From positions 1 through 61,512 of the forward strand of contig JBJXDT010000095.1 in the NCBI GenBank assembly GCA_046153505.1: a DNA stretch of 61,512 nucleotides, in the 5' to 3' direction. The DNA is from Methylophilaceae bacterium. GTDB taxonomy: Bacteria; Pseudomonadota; Gammaproteobacteria; Burkholderiales; Methylophilaceae. Made by a program: the position numbers and the translations under genes. Shown piece by piece: positions 30,446 through 39,104 of this stretch; position 1 is the stretch's first letter; the number at the start of each line of letters is the position of its first letter. The notes under the pieces were generated by a model. The model did not search any database. It was not told the origin of the DNA and worked only from the letters and a program-made list of their open reading frames with translations.

Positions 30446-30970
30446 TCAACCTACATAAGGCACGGTGAACTCTTTAGATTGCGCCAGTTTGACGCTGTCT
30501 AATATATGCCAAATGCGCTTTTCTGCGTCCTCGTATGTTTCTGCCTTGAGACAAATATTTTCCTGAAGTTCTACATCTCGCTTTGTTAAAGTATTTAAGT
30601 TACGCAAACCAATCAATTTATCAGCCAAAAATGCGACATTTGCCGCAACGCTATCGCTCATTAACAGCAGACGCGTATTGGACGACACTTTTGTGAACTT
30701 ATTATCGAGAATTTGTGCCAAATCATTGATGGCATACAACACGCCACGCACGTTTGAAACACCCAAAAACCAAGGTTTTACCAATGGAACGGGATGAATT
30801 TCTGACACCGGCAAAGTTTCTGTAATTTCCTGTAAATCTACCAATACGTTTTTATCGCCTATCTGCACGCCCAAATAGCCTGCTGGCGCCTCGGCATCAG
30901 CATTTTTTACACTTTCTAGCCTTGCTAAAATACTAGATTGATAATCGCGTAGTTTGTTTTCTCTTGCCAT
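30446..30970 (-). CDS. pilI: CheW-like coupling protein PilI
   Basis: A 174-aa CheW-like domain (YLGVQIGDKNVLVDL...PWFLGVSNVRG) in the cluster position of pilI. Confidence 0.85.
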   Translation of the reverse strand: MARENKLRDYQSSILARLESVKNADAEAPAGYLGVQIGDKNVLVDLQEITETLPVSEIHPVPLVKPWFLGVSNVRGVLYAINDLAQILDNKFTKVSSNTRLLLMSDSVAANVAFLADKLIGLRNLNTLTKRDVELQENICLKAETYEDAEKRIWHILDSVKLAQSKEFTVPYVG

Positions 30971-30985
30971 CGGTTTAATTTTTCT

Positions 30986-31348
30986 TTACAGCTTAGAAAG
31001 ACGATCTTTTAAGTCTGCCAAAGAAATCGGTTTCTGAATGCAATCTTTAGCACCCATTTTGGCCGCCCAAGAAAGGTCGGTTACCTGCAACTTGCCCGAG
31101 CATAAGATAATCGGAATATTAGCAGTTGCTGGGTCTTTACAAAGGGAGCGAGTCGCCTGAAAGCCGCTTAATCCTGTCATGATAATATCCATGATTATGA
31201 GATCTGGTTTTATGCTAGCAGCCTTCTCCACACATGCCTCGCCGCTTTCTAGCGCAACCACATTATAGCCCGCACCTTCTAGCATTTCAGTTAAATAAAA
31301 TCTGTCTGTTGACGAATCGTCAACGACCAAAATTTTACTAATTGCCAT
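30986..31348 (-). CDS. pilH: CheY-like response regulator PilH
   Basis: ILVVDDSSTD, DLIIMDIIMTGLSGFQATR and QKP. It sits in the pilH position. Confidence 0.9.
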   Translation of the reverse strand: MAISKILVVDDSSTDRFYLTEMLEGAGYNVVALESGEACVEKAASIKPDLIIMDIIMTGLSGFQATRSLCKDPATANIPIILCSGKLQVTDLSWAAKMGAKDCIQKPISLADLKDRLSKL

Positions 31349-31396
31349 AATATTCTCCTAAAAAACTATTAAATTTTATTGTTACTTTTTAACCTG

Positions 31397-31804
31397 CTAC
31401 TTAGCACTTTTACCCTCATTAATATAATTATTAACTGCTTCAACTAAACCTTCTTGTGTAAATGGCTTGGTTAAATATTGATCAGATCCTGCCATGCGCC
31501 CGCGTGCACGGTCAAACAAACCGTCTTTACTGGAGAGCATAATCACTGGAGTGGATTTAAAGCGGGCGTTACGCTTAATGAGGGCGCAAGTTTGATAGCC
31601 ATCTAGACGCGGCATCATAATATCTACAAAAATCACTTGCGGGTGTTGGTCAGCTATTTTAGCCAAGGCGTCAAAGCCATCTTCAGCAAGTATCACCTCA
31701 CAGCCAGCCGCTTTCAAAAACAGCTCTGCGCTGCGACGAATGGTGTTGCTATCGTCGATTACCATCACTTTTGTGCCAGCAACATTCGCCTGAGCTTGTA
31801 CCAC
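31397..31804 (-). CDS. pilG: CheY-like response regulator PilG
   Basis: KVMVIDDSNTIRR, DGFDALAKIADQHPQVIFVDIMMPRLDGYQTCALIK and SSKDGLFDRARGRMAGSDQYLTKPF closely match Pseudomonas PilG. The start codon is GTG. Confidence 0.93.
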   Translation of the reverse strand: MVQAQANVAGTKVMVIDDSNTIRRSAELFLKAAGCEVILAEDGFDALAKIADQHPQVIFVDIMMPRLDGYQTCALIKRNARFKSTPVIMLSSKDGLFDRARGRMAGSDQYLTKPFTQEGLVEAVNNYINEGKSAK

Positions 31805-31902
31805 TAAATTTCCCCTTCAGGACAATTACGCCCAATGCTTTAATTTAATATACGCTAAAGAAATAGCCCCATAACGTTGCATTACTGATGCGATTTGCAC
31901 TC

Positions 31903-31920
31903 AAATAATGCAAATAATGC
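31903..31920. repeat. Perfect tandem duplication of the 9-mer AAATAATGC in the pilG/FIST divergent intergenic region
   Basis: AAATAATGC occurs at 31903..31911 and again at 31912..31920. TTGCATTA (31877..31884) forms an 8-nt inverted repeat with TAATGCAA (31906..31913). A TATAAT lies at 31927..31932. Confidence 0.6.
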
Positions 31921-32087
31921 TTTACTTATAATACCTATATTGTAATAATTTGCAATACCTTAGCAACTATTTGTGATAAGGTACTTTAATAATACAAAAT
32001 AAAAACAAGAAGTATTTTTAAGTTTTAAGCAAAACGCACTCATAATTTTTATGTTTGCGTAACTTTCTTAAAGGTCCAAAAAAACAA

Positions 32088-33242
32088 ATGATTATTGCTC
32101 AAGAATCTGTCGACGCTAAATCGACGTTAAAAGACTTACCAGGTTTATCCCCGCTTGCTGCAGCAAACTTGGTACTGGTATTCGGGTCAGTCAAAAGATT
32201 TAATGAAGGTAAGTTACAAGGCGCACTTAAAGCGCGCTATCCAGTCGCACAAATAGTGGGGTGCACCACATCCGGCGAAATTAGCCCTTCAGGCGTTTAT
32301 GACGATAGCATCCAAATTACCGCCATTCAGTGGCAAAAAGTCATACAGCGCGTAACGCAGGCCAAATCATCAAATATGCAGGATTCGTTTGACACTGCTG
32401 TTGGCATTGCTAAGCAGCTAAAATCGGACACATTGCGCACGGTGATTGTGATTTCTGACGGCTTAAACATTAATGGATCTGAACTGCTAAAAGGCTTTCA
32501 AGCCATATTGGGTGGAGTGCCGATAATAGGCGGCCTAGCGGGTGATGGTGGTGCATTTGTAAAAACGCTACAACTGTATAACGATACTATTTCTAGTCAC
32601 ATGGTGATTGCGATAGGCTTGTATGGCGACGCACTTATCACATCAAGTGGGGCGCTAGGCGGATGGAAGCCTTATGGGCCGCCGCGCAAAATTACCAAAT
32701 CCATCAAAAACGTTGTGTACGAAATGGACGATAAGCCAGCATTGCCACTATATAAAATGTATATTGGCGAGGCGTTTGCAAGGGGCTTGCCTGGCTCAGG
32801 CTTAAAATTCCCATTAGCGGTTATAGAAGATGGTAAGCGCGATGTAGAAAAAATCCGCACCTTGCTCGCAGTTAATGCCAAAGACAACAGTCTAACTTTT
32901 GCTGGTAACGTAGACGAAGGCGAAACCGTTCGCTTATGCCAAACCAACCACGGCAGATTAGTAGAAGGTGCTGGCGCGGCTGCGCATTTGGTACTAGATG
33001 GCTTAAGTGACCACAAAACCAATCAACCTGGCTTAGCTTTGTGTGTTAGCTGTGTTGGCCGAAAAGGGGTAATGGCTGAACAAGTAGTAGACGAAGTAAA
33101 ATTGGTTCGACAAATTCTTGGTCCACAAACCAGCGTGGCAGGATTCTATTCATATGGTGAATTAGCACCAAGACCCAATACTACAGATAGCGTGCTGCAT
33201 AATCAAACCATGACGATTGGTTATTTAAGCGAAACATTGTAA
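32088..33242 (+). CDS. FIST-domain (FIST_N + FIST_C) signal-transduction protein
   Basis: ~385 aa with the typical FIST pattern: LVLVFGS, GCTTSGEI, VISDGLNINGSELL, GGLAGDG, PLAVIEDG and GFYSYGEL. The ATG is at 32088, and an upstream in-frame TTG at 32055 is also possible. Confidence 0.8.
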   Translation: MIIAQESVDAKSTLKDLPGLSPLAAANLVLVFGSVKRFNEGKLQGALKARYPVAQIVGCTTSGEISPSGVYDDSIQITAIQWQKVIQRVTQAKSSNMQDSFDTAVGIAKQLKSDTLRTVIVISDGLNINGSELLKGFQAILGGVPIIGGLAGDGGAFVKTLQLYNDTISSHMVIAIGLYGDALITSSGALGGWKPYGPPRKITKSIKNVVYEMDDKPALPLYKMYIGEAFARGLPGSGLKFPLAVIEDGKRDVEKIRTLLAVNAKDNSLTFAGNVDEGETVRLCQTNHGRLVEGAGAAAHLVLDGLSDHKTNQPGLALCVSCVGRKGVMAEQVVDEVKLVRQILGPQTSVAGFYSYGELAPRPNTTDSVLHNQTMTIGYLSETL

Positions 33243-33271
33243 GTAATCATTATTCAGTTTTCGCATTTTTT

Positions 33272-33306
33272 AAAAAGCACCTATTCAACTAGGTGCTTTT
33301 TGTTTT
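33272..33306 (+). terminator. Intrinsic terminator after the FIST gene
   Basis: AAAAAGCACCUA-UUCAAC-UAGGUGCUUUUU followed by GUUUU, giving a 12-bp stem. Confidence 0.85.
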
Positions 33307-33352
33307 ATGATAGGCGTCTCGCGCATTGGCAAATATTAGAAAAGGAAGAATC

Positions 33353-33856
33353 ATGTCTAGTTCAGTTACGCTCAAGGGCAACCCAGTTGACGTTGCAGGC
33401 AATTTACCAAAAGTTGGCACAACAGCGCCAAGTTTTATTCTAGTAGATAAAGCGCTTGCCGATGTGACTCTAGACACTTTTGCTGGCAAACGTAAGGTGC
33501 TGAATATTTTCCCTAGTGTCGACACGCCTACTTGCGCCATGTCTGTTCGGGCTTTCAACCAACGCGCAGCCAGCCTAGAAAATACTGTGGTGATTAACAT
33601 TTCTGCAGATTTACCATTCGCACAAACTCGTTTTTGTGCGGCAGAAGGTATCGAAAATGTGGTGAATTTATCTAGTATGCGTGGACGTGACTTTTTAATG
33701 AATTATGGCGTACTCATTTACAGCAGCAAACTTGCGGGACTTTGCGCCCGCGCTGTTATCGTTATGGATGCTGACAACATAATCAAACACGTTGAACTTG
33801 TGCCAGAAATCGCAAACGAGCCTAATTACGACGCGGCTTTAGCAGCGCTTAAGTAA
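33353..33856 (+). CDS. tpx: Thiol peroxidase (atypical 2-Cys peroxiredoxin)
   Basis: [12 protein letters not shown], peroxidatic Cys in [10 protein letters not shown], resolving Cys in RFCAAEG, and a C-terminus [11 protein letters not shown]. The Shine-Dalgarno AAGGAAG lies 7 nt upstream. The track ORF starts earlier, at 33326. Confidence 0.93.
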   Translation: MSSSVTLKGNPVDVAGNLPKVGTTAPSFILVDKALADVTLDTFAGKRKVLNIFPSVDTPTCAMSVRAFNQRAASLENTVVINISADLPFAQTRFCAAEGIENVVNLSSMRGRDFLMNYGVLIYSSKLAGLCARAVIVMDADNIIKHVELVPEIANEPNYDAALAALK

Positions 33857-33861
33857 ATCTC

Positions 33862-35088
33862 ATGAAAATAGACACAATGCGCAAAGTAGATTACTTTGCA
33901 GGTATTCCATTGTGTTTTTTTGCCACTATTTTCGTGTGGCTCTCAAAGCTATTTAGCTCAAAAAATCAAAAAATCTCCAAAGTGTTATTCGTTGAGCTAT
34001 CAGAAATGGGTAGCGCGATATTGGTTGACCCAGCCATGCGAAAAATGCAGACCAAAGCCAATGCCGAGTTATTTTTTGTGATTTTCAAATCGAATGCTGC
34101 TAGCTTACGTTTGCTAGACACCGTGCCTGCAGCCAACATTTTCACCATCAGGGAAAACAGTCTACTCAATCTCGCAATTGATAGCCTTCGTTTTCTGTAC
34201 TGGGCACGCAAAAACAAAATTGATACCTCGATAGATTTAGAGCTTTTTTCTCGCTATAGCGCCCTTCTTACAGGCTTATCTGGGGCAGTCCGCAGGATTG
34301 GCTTCCACGCTTTCCATAATGAGGGTCTGTATCGTGGCGCAATGCTCAGCCACGCCGTTGCCTACAATCCACACATGCATATCGCCAAAAATTTTATTGC
34401 ATTAGTAAATGCTGCATTGTCGGATAAAGTCGAACTACCGTATTCCAAAACCTTGATTGAAGATAGCGAAATCAGGCTGGCAGCCGCACCAATAAATGTG
34501 CTTGCCATTGCGGATATGCATCGCCGCATACGTGAAGACTATCCTAATTATGACGAGAAAGTGCACCGCATCATTTTAATAAATCCAAACGCCAGCGACT
34601 TACTGCCGCAACGACGCTGGATGCCCGAGCATTTTGTTTCTGTCATGCAAAATCTTCTGCAAGTAGACAAGAATTTTTTAGTGTTAATTACAGGTGCACC
34701 AGCCGAAAGGGCGCAAGCCGCTTTGCTAAAAGACCAAGTTGCAAACGAGCGATGCATCAATTTTGCAGGTCGACAACTTTTAACCGAATTGCCTGCGCTT
34801 TATCAAATCGCCGAAATCATGCTCACAAATGATTCAGGTCCTGGCCATTTTTCGTCCGTTACACAACTAAAAACCTTCGTGTTGTTTGGCCCAGAAACGC
34901 CAGCCCTATATGGCTCGCTGGGCAATAGCACTCCAATTTACGCGGGACTTGCCTGCTCTCCTTGCGTGAGTGCAGGCAACCATCGCAAAACACCTTGTTC
35001 CGACAATGTGTGCTTGCAGGTCATCAAACCAGAAATGGTCACCAAGCAATTGCATGCTGCACTGACTAAAGTAAGCGCTAAACTATAA
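33862..35088 (+). CDS. Glycosyltransferase family 9 (heptosyltransferase-like)
   Basis: The GT9 C-terminal signature is LLTELPALYQIAEIMLTNDSGPGHFSS...LFGPE...C(S)PC. It starts 5 nt after the tpx stop. Confidence 0.8.
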   Translation: MKIDTMRKVDYFAGIPLCFFATIFVWLSKLFSSKNQKISKVLFVELSEMGSAILVDPAMRKMQTKANAELFFVIFKSNAASLRLLDTVPAANIFTIRENSLLNLAIDSLRFLYWARKNKIDTSIDLELFSRYSALLTGLSGAVRRIGFHAFHNEGLYRGAMLSHAVAYNPHMHIAKNFIALVNAALSDKVELPYSKTLIEDSEIRLAAAPINVLAIADMHRRIREDYPNYDEKVHRIILINPNASDLLPQRRWMPEHFVSVMQNLLQVDKNFLVLITGAPAERAQAALLKDQVANERCINFAGRQLLTELPALYQIAEIMLTNDSGPGHFSSVTQLKTFVLFGPETPALYGSLGNSTPIYAGLACSPCVSAGNHRKTPCSDNVCLQVIKPEMVTKQLHAALTKVSAKL

Positions 35089-36992
35089 TGAAACGTAGTG
35101 ACCTTTCTTTTGCCTGCAATGGCCGATTTCTTAGCATTAGCTTGCTATGTATTGGTGTGGATGTCGCGCTATTTTTAGTGCTTTTCAAACAGCCAGATAT
35201 ACTTGCTTCGGCGCACATCATTAGTTTTTTAAGTGCGGTAGCATTCGGTTTTGCTGTATTTTCATATATCGATAAAACGCCGCTCAGTTTTAATCGCACT
35301 GCAAGTTTCGCTTTACTCACATTACTTGCACTGTTTTTGCATGGCGGCATACTTGCTTCTTTGCTACAAATACTATCTGCGCCTACTTTCTTGGCGATTG
35401 TTTTAAGTGCTACCTTCTGCGTTTTTGCCCTTTTTTTAGCTTTTCATTTCACGCAAAAAGGTCTTAACGGGAACACAATTTGCCTTGCTATAGTTGGCTA
35501 CATTGCTCTGCTTAAACTGTTTTACTTGGGAGTACCAGAACTATTATTTGAAGAGGCTTATTACTGGAATTACGCTCAACATTTGGATATCGGCTATCTT
35601 GACCACCCGCTTATCGTTGCATGGACAATTAAACTATTTACGTTGTTACTCGGCAACAATGAATTCGCAGTGCGGCTTGGTGCATTTTTTTACTGGTTTG
35701 TGACCGCGTTTTTCACTTTCAAGCTGACTGTAGAAGTTTTCAACAAAGCGACTGCTTACCGCGCACTTGTACTTATAACACTGTTACCAGTGTACTTTTC
35801 TTTTGGCTACTTTATGAGCCCAGATGCGCCTCTTACCGCATGCTGGGCAGCGGCGGTTTACTATATTTATCAAGCACTTATTAAAGAAAATACTAAAGCA
35901 TGGATATTCTTTGGCATCGCACTTGGTTTGGGTATGAGTTCAAAATACACCATCCTATTACTTGCAGCCGCCATCGCACTATTTATGATTTACGATAAAA
36001 ATGCGCGCCAGTGGTTTTTTCGCCCACAACCTTATATCGCTGCGGTAATTACGCTTGTGCTTTTTTCGCCCGTGATTATTTGGAATGTCCAACACGATTG
36101 GCTTTCGTTCACGTTTCAAAGCACTGGTCGCTTAGAAAGTGAGCATCATTTTTCTTTGCCACGCTTTATCAGCAACTTGCTAATTACGCTCACCCCAATT
36201 GGTCTAATGTCGGTTTTTGCCGTGACGTGGTGCCATCAGTCAATTTTTGCGCGCTGTAAAGAGATGTCTGAGCACTTCGAAAATCGCAGTTATTGGTTAC
36301 TGGCTTGGCTTAGCTTGTTTCCCGTTGGCGTATACGCTACGCTAAGTTTAATTCGCGCTAGCAAACTTAATTGGACTGGGCCTTGCTGGCTGGCATTGAT
36401 ACCATTTTTGGCATTATTGCTTACGCAAAAACCGGCTTTTTCCAAGCCTAGATTACTGAATTGGAGCCAGCGAGCATGGCCAACCACGGCGGTCATTTTG
36501 CTGCTAATTTATGGTGCAGGATTTCACTATCTTGGTATCAGCTTTCCAAATACACCTTTCCCAAAAAACACGCATTTACTGGGCTTTCAAGGACTTGGAC
36601 GCGAGGTTGAAAACATCAAAAACCAGATAGAAAATGAAACTGGTAGAAAGATTTTAGTTGTCGGCATGGATAGAAATAAAATCGCCAGCGGCTTGGCATT
36701 TTACCGTGCAAAATACATAGGCCACTCACCCAGTAATAATCCGGCCTTTGATACTGCAAGTGAACATTTATTTGGTGATGTTGGGCTAATGTACGAGCTT
36801 TGGTTTCCTGTTACCGCACAACAAGGTAAAAGTATGCTGCTGGTTGGTGAGAGTGCGCACGATTTAAATAGCCAGGCCGTTATATCTCGTGTCGAAAATG
36901 CGGGGGAAATTAGATTGATTGAGGCTTATAAAGATGGAAAATTGGTAGGACGCTACCACTATCGCTTGGTTGAAGGCTATCATCAACCTTAA
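35088..36992 (+). CDS. Polytopic ArnT/PMT-like glycosyltransferase (GT39/GT83-type) with an apparent N-terminal GtrA-like four-helix module
   Basis: It overlaps the GT9 gene in TAATG. The first ~115 aa form four hydrophobic helices (FLSISLLCIGVDVALFLVLF...). Next comes the periplasmic-loop motif EEAYYWNYAQHLDIGYLDHPLIVAW, then ~10 further TM helices and a soluble C-terminal domain. Confidence 0.7.
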   Translation: MKRSDLSFACNGRFLSISLLCIGVDVALFLVLFKQPDILASAHIISFLSAVAFGFAVFSYIDKTPLSFNRTASFALLTLLALFLHGGILASLLQILSAPTFLAIVLSATFCVFALFLAFHFTQKGLNGNTICLAIVGYIALLKLFYLGVPELLFEEAYYWNYAQHLDIGYLDHPLIVAWTIKLFTLLLGNNEFAVRLGAFFYWFVTAFFTFKLTVEVFNKATAYRALVLITLLPVYFSFGYFMSPDAPLTACWAAAVYYIYQALIKENTKAWIFFGIALGLGMSSKYTILLLAAAIALFMIYDKNARQWFFRPQPYIAAVITLVLFSPVIIWNVQHDWLSFTFQSTGRLESEHHFSLPRFISNLLITLTPIGLMSVFAVTWCHQSIFARCKEMSEHFENRSYWLLAWLSLFPVGVYATLSLIRASKLNWTGPCWLALIPFLALLLTQKPAFSKPRLLNWSQRAWPTTAVILLLIYGAGFHYLGISFPNTPFPKNTHLLGFQGLGREVENIKNQIENETGRKILVVGMDRNKIASGLAFYRAKYIGHSPSNNPAFDTASEHLFGDVGLMYELWFPVTAQQGKSMLLVGESAHDLNSQAVISRVENAGEIRLIEAYKDGKLVGRYHYRLVEGYHQP

Positions 36993-36996
36993 ATTT

Positions 36997-37929
36997 ATGC
37001 GTCACTTATCTCTCAAATTTCTGCTACGCCTCACTATTACCATGACTATTTTGGCAGTGATTCTACGCGCTACCGACATCAAACAATCTTTGCAAATTTT
37101 ACAACACGCGCAGCATGACTTGCTGGTTCTGGCAATTTTGTTGCAGTTTGGTAGCACAGCGGTTTCTGCTTATCGCTGGCAAATCATCATGCAAAACCTT
37201 GGTTTTGGACAATCTTTTTCGTTTTACTGGCAAAGTTATTTTAAAGGTATGTTCTTCAACCAAGGCCTGCCCACCAGCATCGGAGGCGATGCCGTACGTG
37301 TGCTAGATGTAGCTGTTCATGGTTTCCGCAAACGCGATGCGCTGTATGGCGTAATGGTCGACCGCGCAGTTGGTCTAGGTGCCTTGATGCTATTGAGCTT
37401 GCTTGCTTACTTGTTAAAACCTGACTTGTTGCCAATGCATGTGTATCGCCCTATGTTGATGCTCATCATCGCCGGTCTAACTGGCTTTTTAACCTTATTC
37501 ATCATAGGCAAAATGCAGTGGCTAAACCAATATCCTAAACTGATTTTTTTAAAAATCATCGCAGAACGTTTGTACCAAGTCTTCCACACGAAGCGTATAC
37601 GCTTAATTGCCCTATCTCTGCTTATCCCGCTACTTGCACTTATTGGCTTTTTTGTCACTGGCTGGGCGTTGGGATTGCGTTACGACCTGATGATTTATTT
37701 CGCCATCGTGCCTGTCGCCATCATTCTTACCATTATTCCAGCATCCATTGCAGGTTGGGGCGTGCGCGAGGGCGCCTTAGTTGGTCTGTTTTCGCTGATA
37801 GGAGCAAACAAAGCTGCAGTGCTTACCATGTCGATTTTATATGGCCTCACGCTAATTATTGTAAGTCTGCCTGGTTTGGTGACCTTTTTAAAAGGGCGTC
37901 AGGTATTAGCGGCTGGAAGACATACTTAA
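36997..37929 (+). CDS. UPF0104 / lysyl-PG-synthase-TM-like ('flippase-like') membrane protein
   Basis: 8 TM helices with the family hallmark GLPTSIGGDAVRV. The ATG is at 36997, and the track ORF starts at a TTG at 36970 inside the previous gene. Confidence 0.72.
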   Translation: MRHLSLKFLLRLTITMTILAVILRATDIKQSLQILQHAQHDLLVLAILLQFGSTAVSAYRWQIIMQNLGFGQSFSFYWQSYFKGMFFNQGLPTSIGGDAVRVLDVAVHGFRKRDALYGVMVDRAVGLGALMLLSLLAYLLKPDLLPMHVYRPMLMLIIAGLTGFLTLFIIGKMQWLNQYPKLIFLKIIAERLYQVFHTKRIRLIALSLLIPLLALIGFFVTGWALGLRYDLMIYFAIVPVAIILTIIPASIAGWGVREGALVGLFSLIGANKAAVLTMSILYGLTLIIVSLPGLVTFLKGRQVLAAGRHT

Positions 37930-37968
37930 ATTGATCACCTTAATCCAAACCAACATTAAAGGCTTAAC

Positions 37969-38751
37969 ATGTTTTCCTCGCGCTGGAACCTGAAAAAACT
38001 TGTTATTTGCAACATTTCCGCATTTATCCTGCTGGCAAGCTGGCTATGGCAACCCATGCGCACTTTATGGGATGCACTCGATAACGCCATGTTTGATGTA
38101 TTTAACGCTCCGTTAGCTCTAAATGGGTTTTATGCCACCATCGCTGCCATTGCCAATATGCGCCCAGTCGATATGGGTGTTGGCCTAATCTTGGTTGGTT
38201 TGTTAATTAAGCGCGGTTTTATTGTAAAAGCCGCTCAGCTACGCCAACTTCTTTTTGCCTTTTTGGTTTTGTTGATTTTATTGCTATTAGCGCGATTTGG
38301 ATTTAATGCGGTATTAAAAGCGCTGGAATGGAAGCGCGCAAGCCCTTCCCTGGTATTGCCAGAGGCAATCCGTTTAACGCAATTATTCCCTGATTGGCAA
38401 GCCCATCTCTATCTAAAAGATAGCTCTGAACAATGCTTTCCAGGGGATCACGCTTCAGTGTTGTTGATATGGGCGATGCTTTGCTCTACTTTTATCACGG
38501 GTCGGGAAATGGTCATTGTGTGGATATTAACCGCCCTCTTCATGTTGCCACGCCTGATAGCAGGGGCGCATTGGGCTTCGGATGACTTTGTGGGTGGGGT
38601 ATTTCTAGCGTTAATTGCATTTTCTTGGGGCTTTTACAGTCCCATTTTAGAGAAGGCCAGCAACTGGTTAACGCGTCTATTTAAACCAATTTTGAACACC
38701 ATTGGCAGATGGCCTTTGTTCAAGAGCTTGAGCGTATTCTCGCAGGCCTAA
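37969..38751 (+). CDS. PAP2-superfamily membrane phosphatase (lipid phosphate phosphatase-like)
   Basis: The three acid-phosphatase motifs are recognisable: KALEWKRASP, PGDHAS and PRLIAGAHWASD. The protein has multiple TM helices. Confidence 0.72.
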   Translation: MFSSRWNLKKLVICNISAFILLASWLWQPMRTLWDALDNAMFDVFNAPLALNGFYATIAAIANMRPVDMGVGLILVGLLIKRGFIVKAAQLRQLLFAFLVLLILLLLARFGFNAVLKALEWKRASPSLVLPEAIRLTQLFPDWQAHLYLKDSSEQCFPGDHASVLLIWAMLCSTFITGREMVIVWILTALFMLPRLIAGAHWASDDFVGGVFLALIAFSWGFYSPILEKASNWLTRLFKPILNTIGRWPLFKSLSVFSQA

Positions 38752-39104
38752 CTTTCATACTGTGTATATTTAGCATTACTACCCCGCGCTTTTTCAACGG
38801 GGTACTTTTTAGCGTTTAGTACAATTTTTTGATTCGCTGCTTTAATCAAATCAATTTCCAACACTTCAGCCAAACGTAGCAAATAGACAAAAGTGTCAGC
38901 CAACTCATGGCTTACAGCCTCACGTTTTTCTGGTGTTAATGTCAAACTTTCTTGCGGCGTATCCCATTGAAATTGCTCGACTAACTCAGCCGCCTCTACT
39001 ATCATTGCCATGGCTAAGTTTTTAGGCGTATGAAATTGTGCCCAATCGCGTTCTGCCACAAAGTGGTTAATCTTCGCACGCAATTCAAGTAAAGAGTCAC
39101 TCAT
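38748..39104 (-). CDS. MazG-like nucleotide pyrophosphohydrolase
   Basis: FVAERDWAQFHTPKNLAMAMIVEAAELVEQFQW and ELADTFVYLLRLA are the EExxE/D metal motifs of all-alpha NTP-PPases. The ATG at 39104 overlaps the upstream gene by 8 nt. The track ORF extends to 39149. Confidence 0.82.
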   Translation of the reverse strand: MSDSLLELRAKINHFVAERDWAQFHTPKNLAMAMIVEAAELVEQFQWDTPQESLTLTPEKREAVSHELADTFVYLLRLAEVLEIDLIKAANQKIVLNAKKYPVEKARGSNAKYTQYES

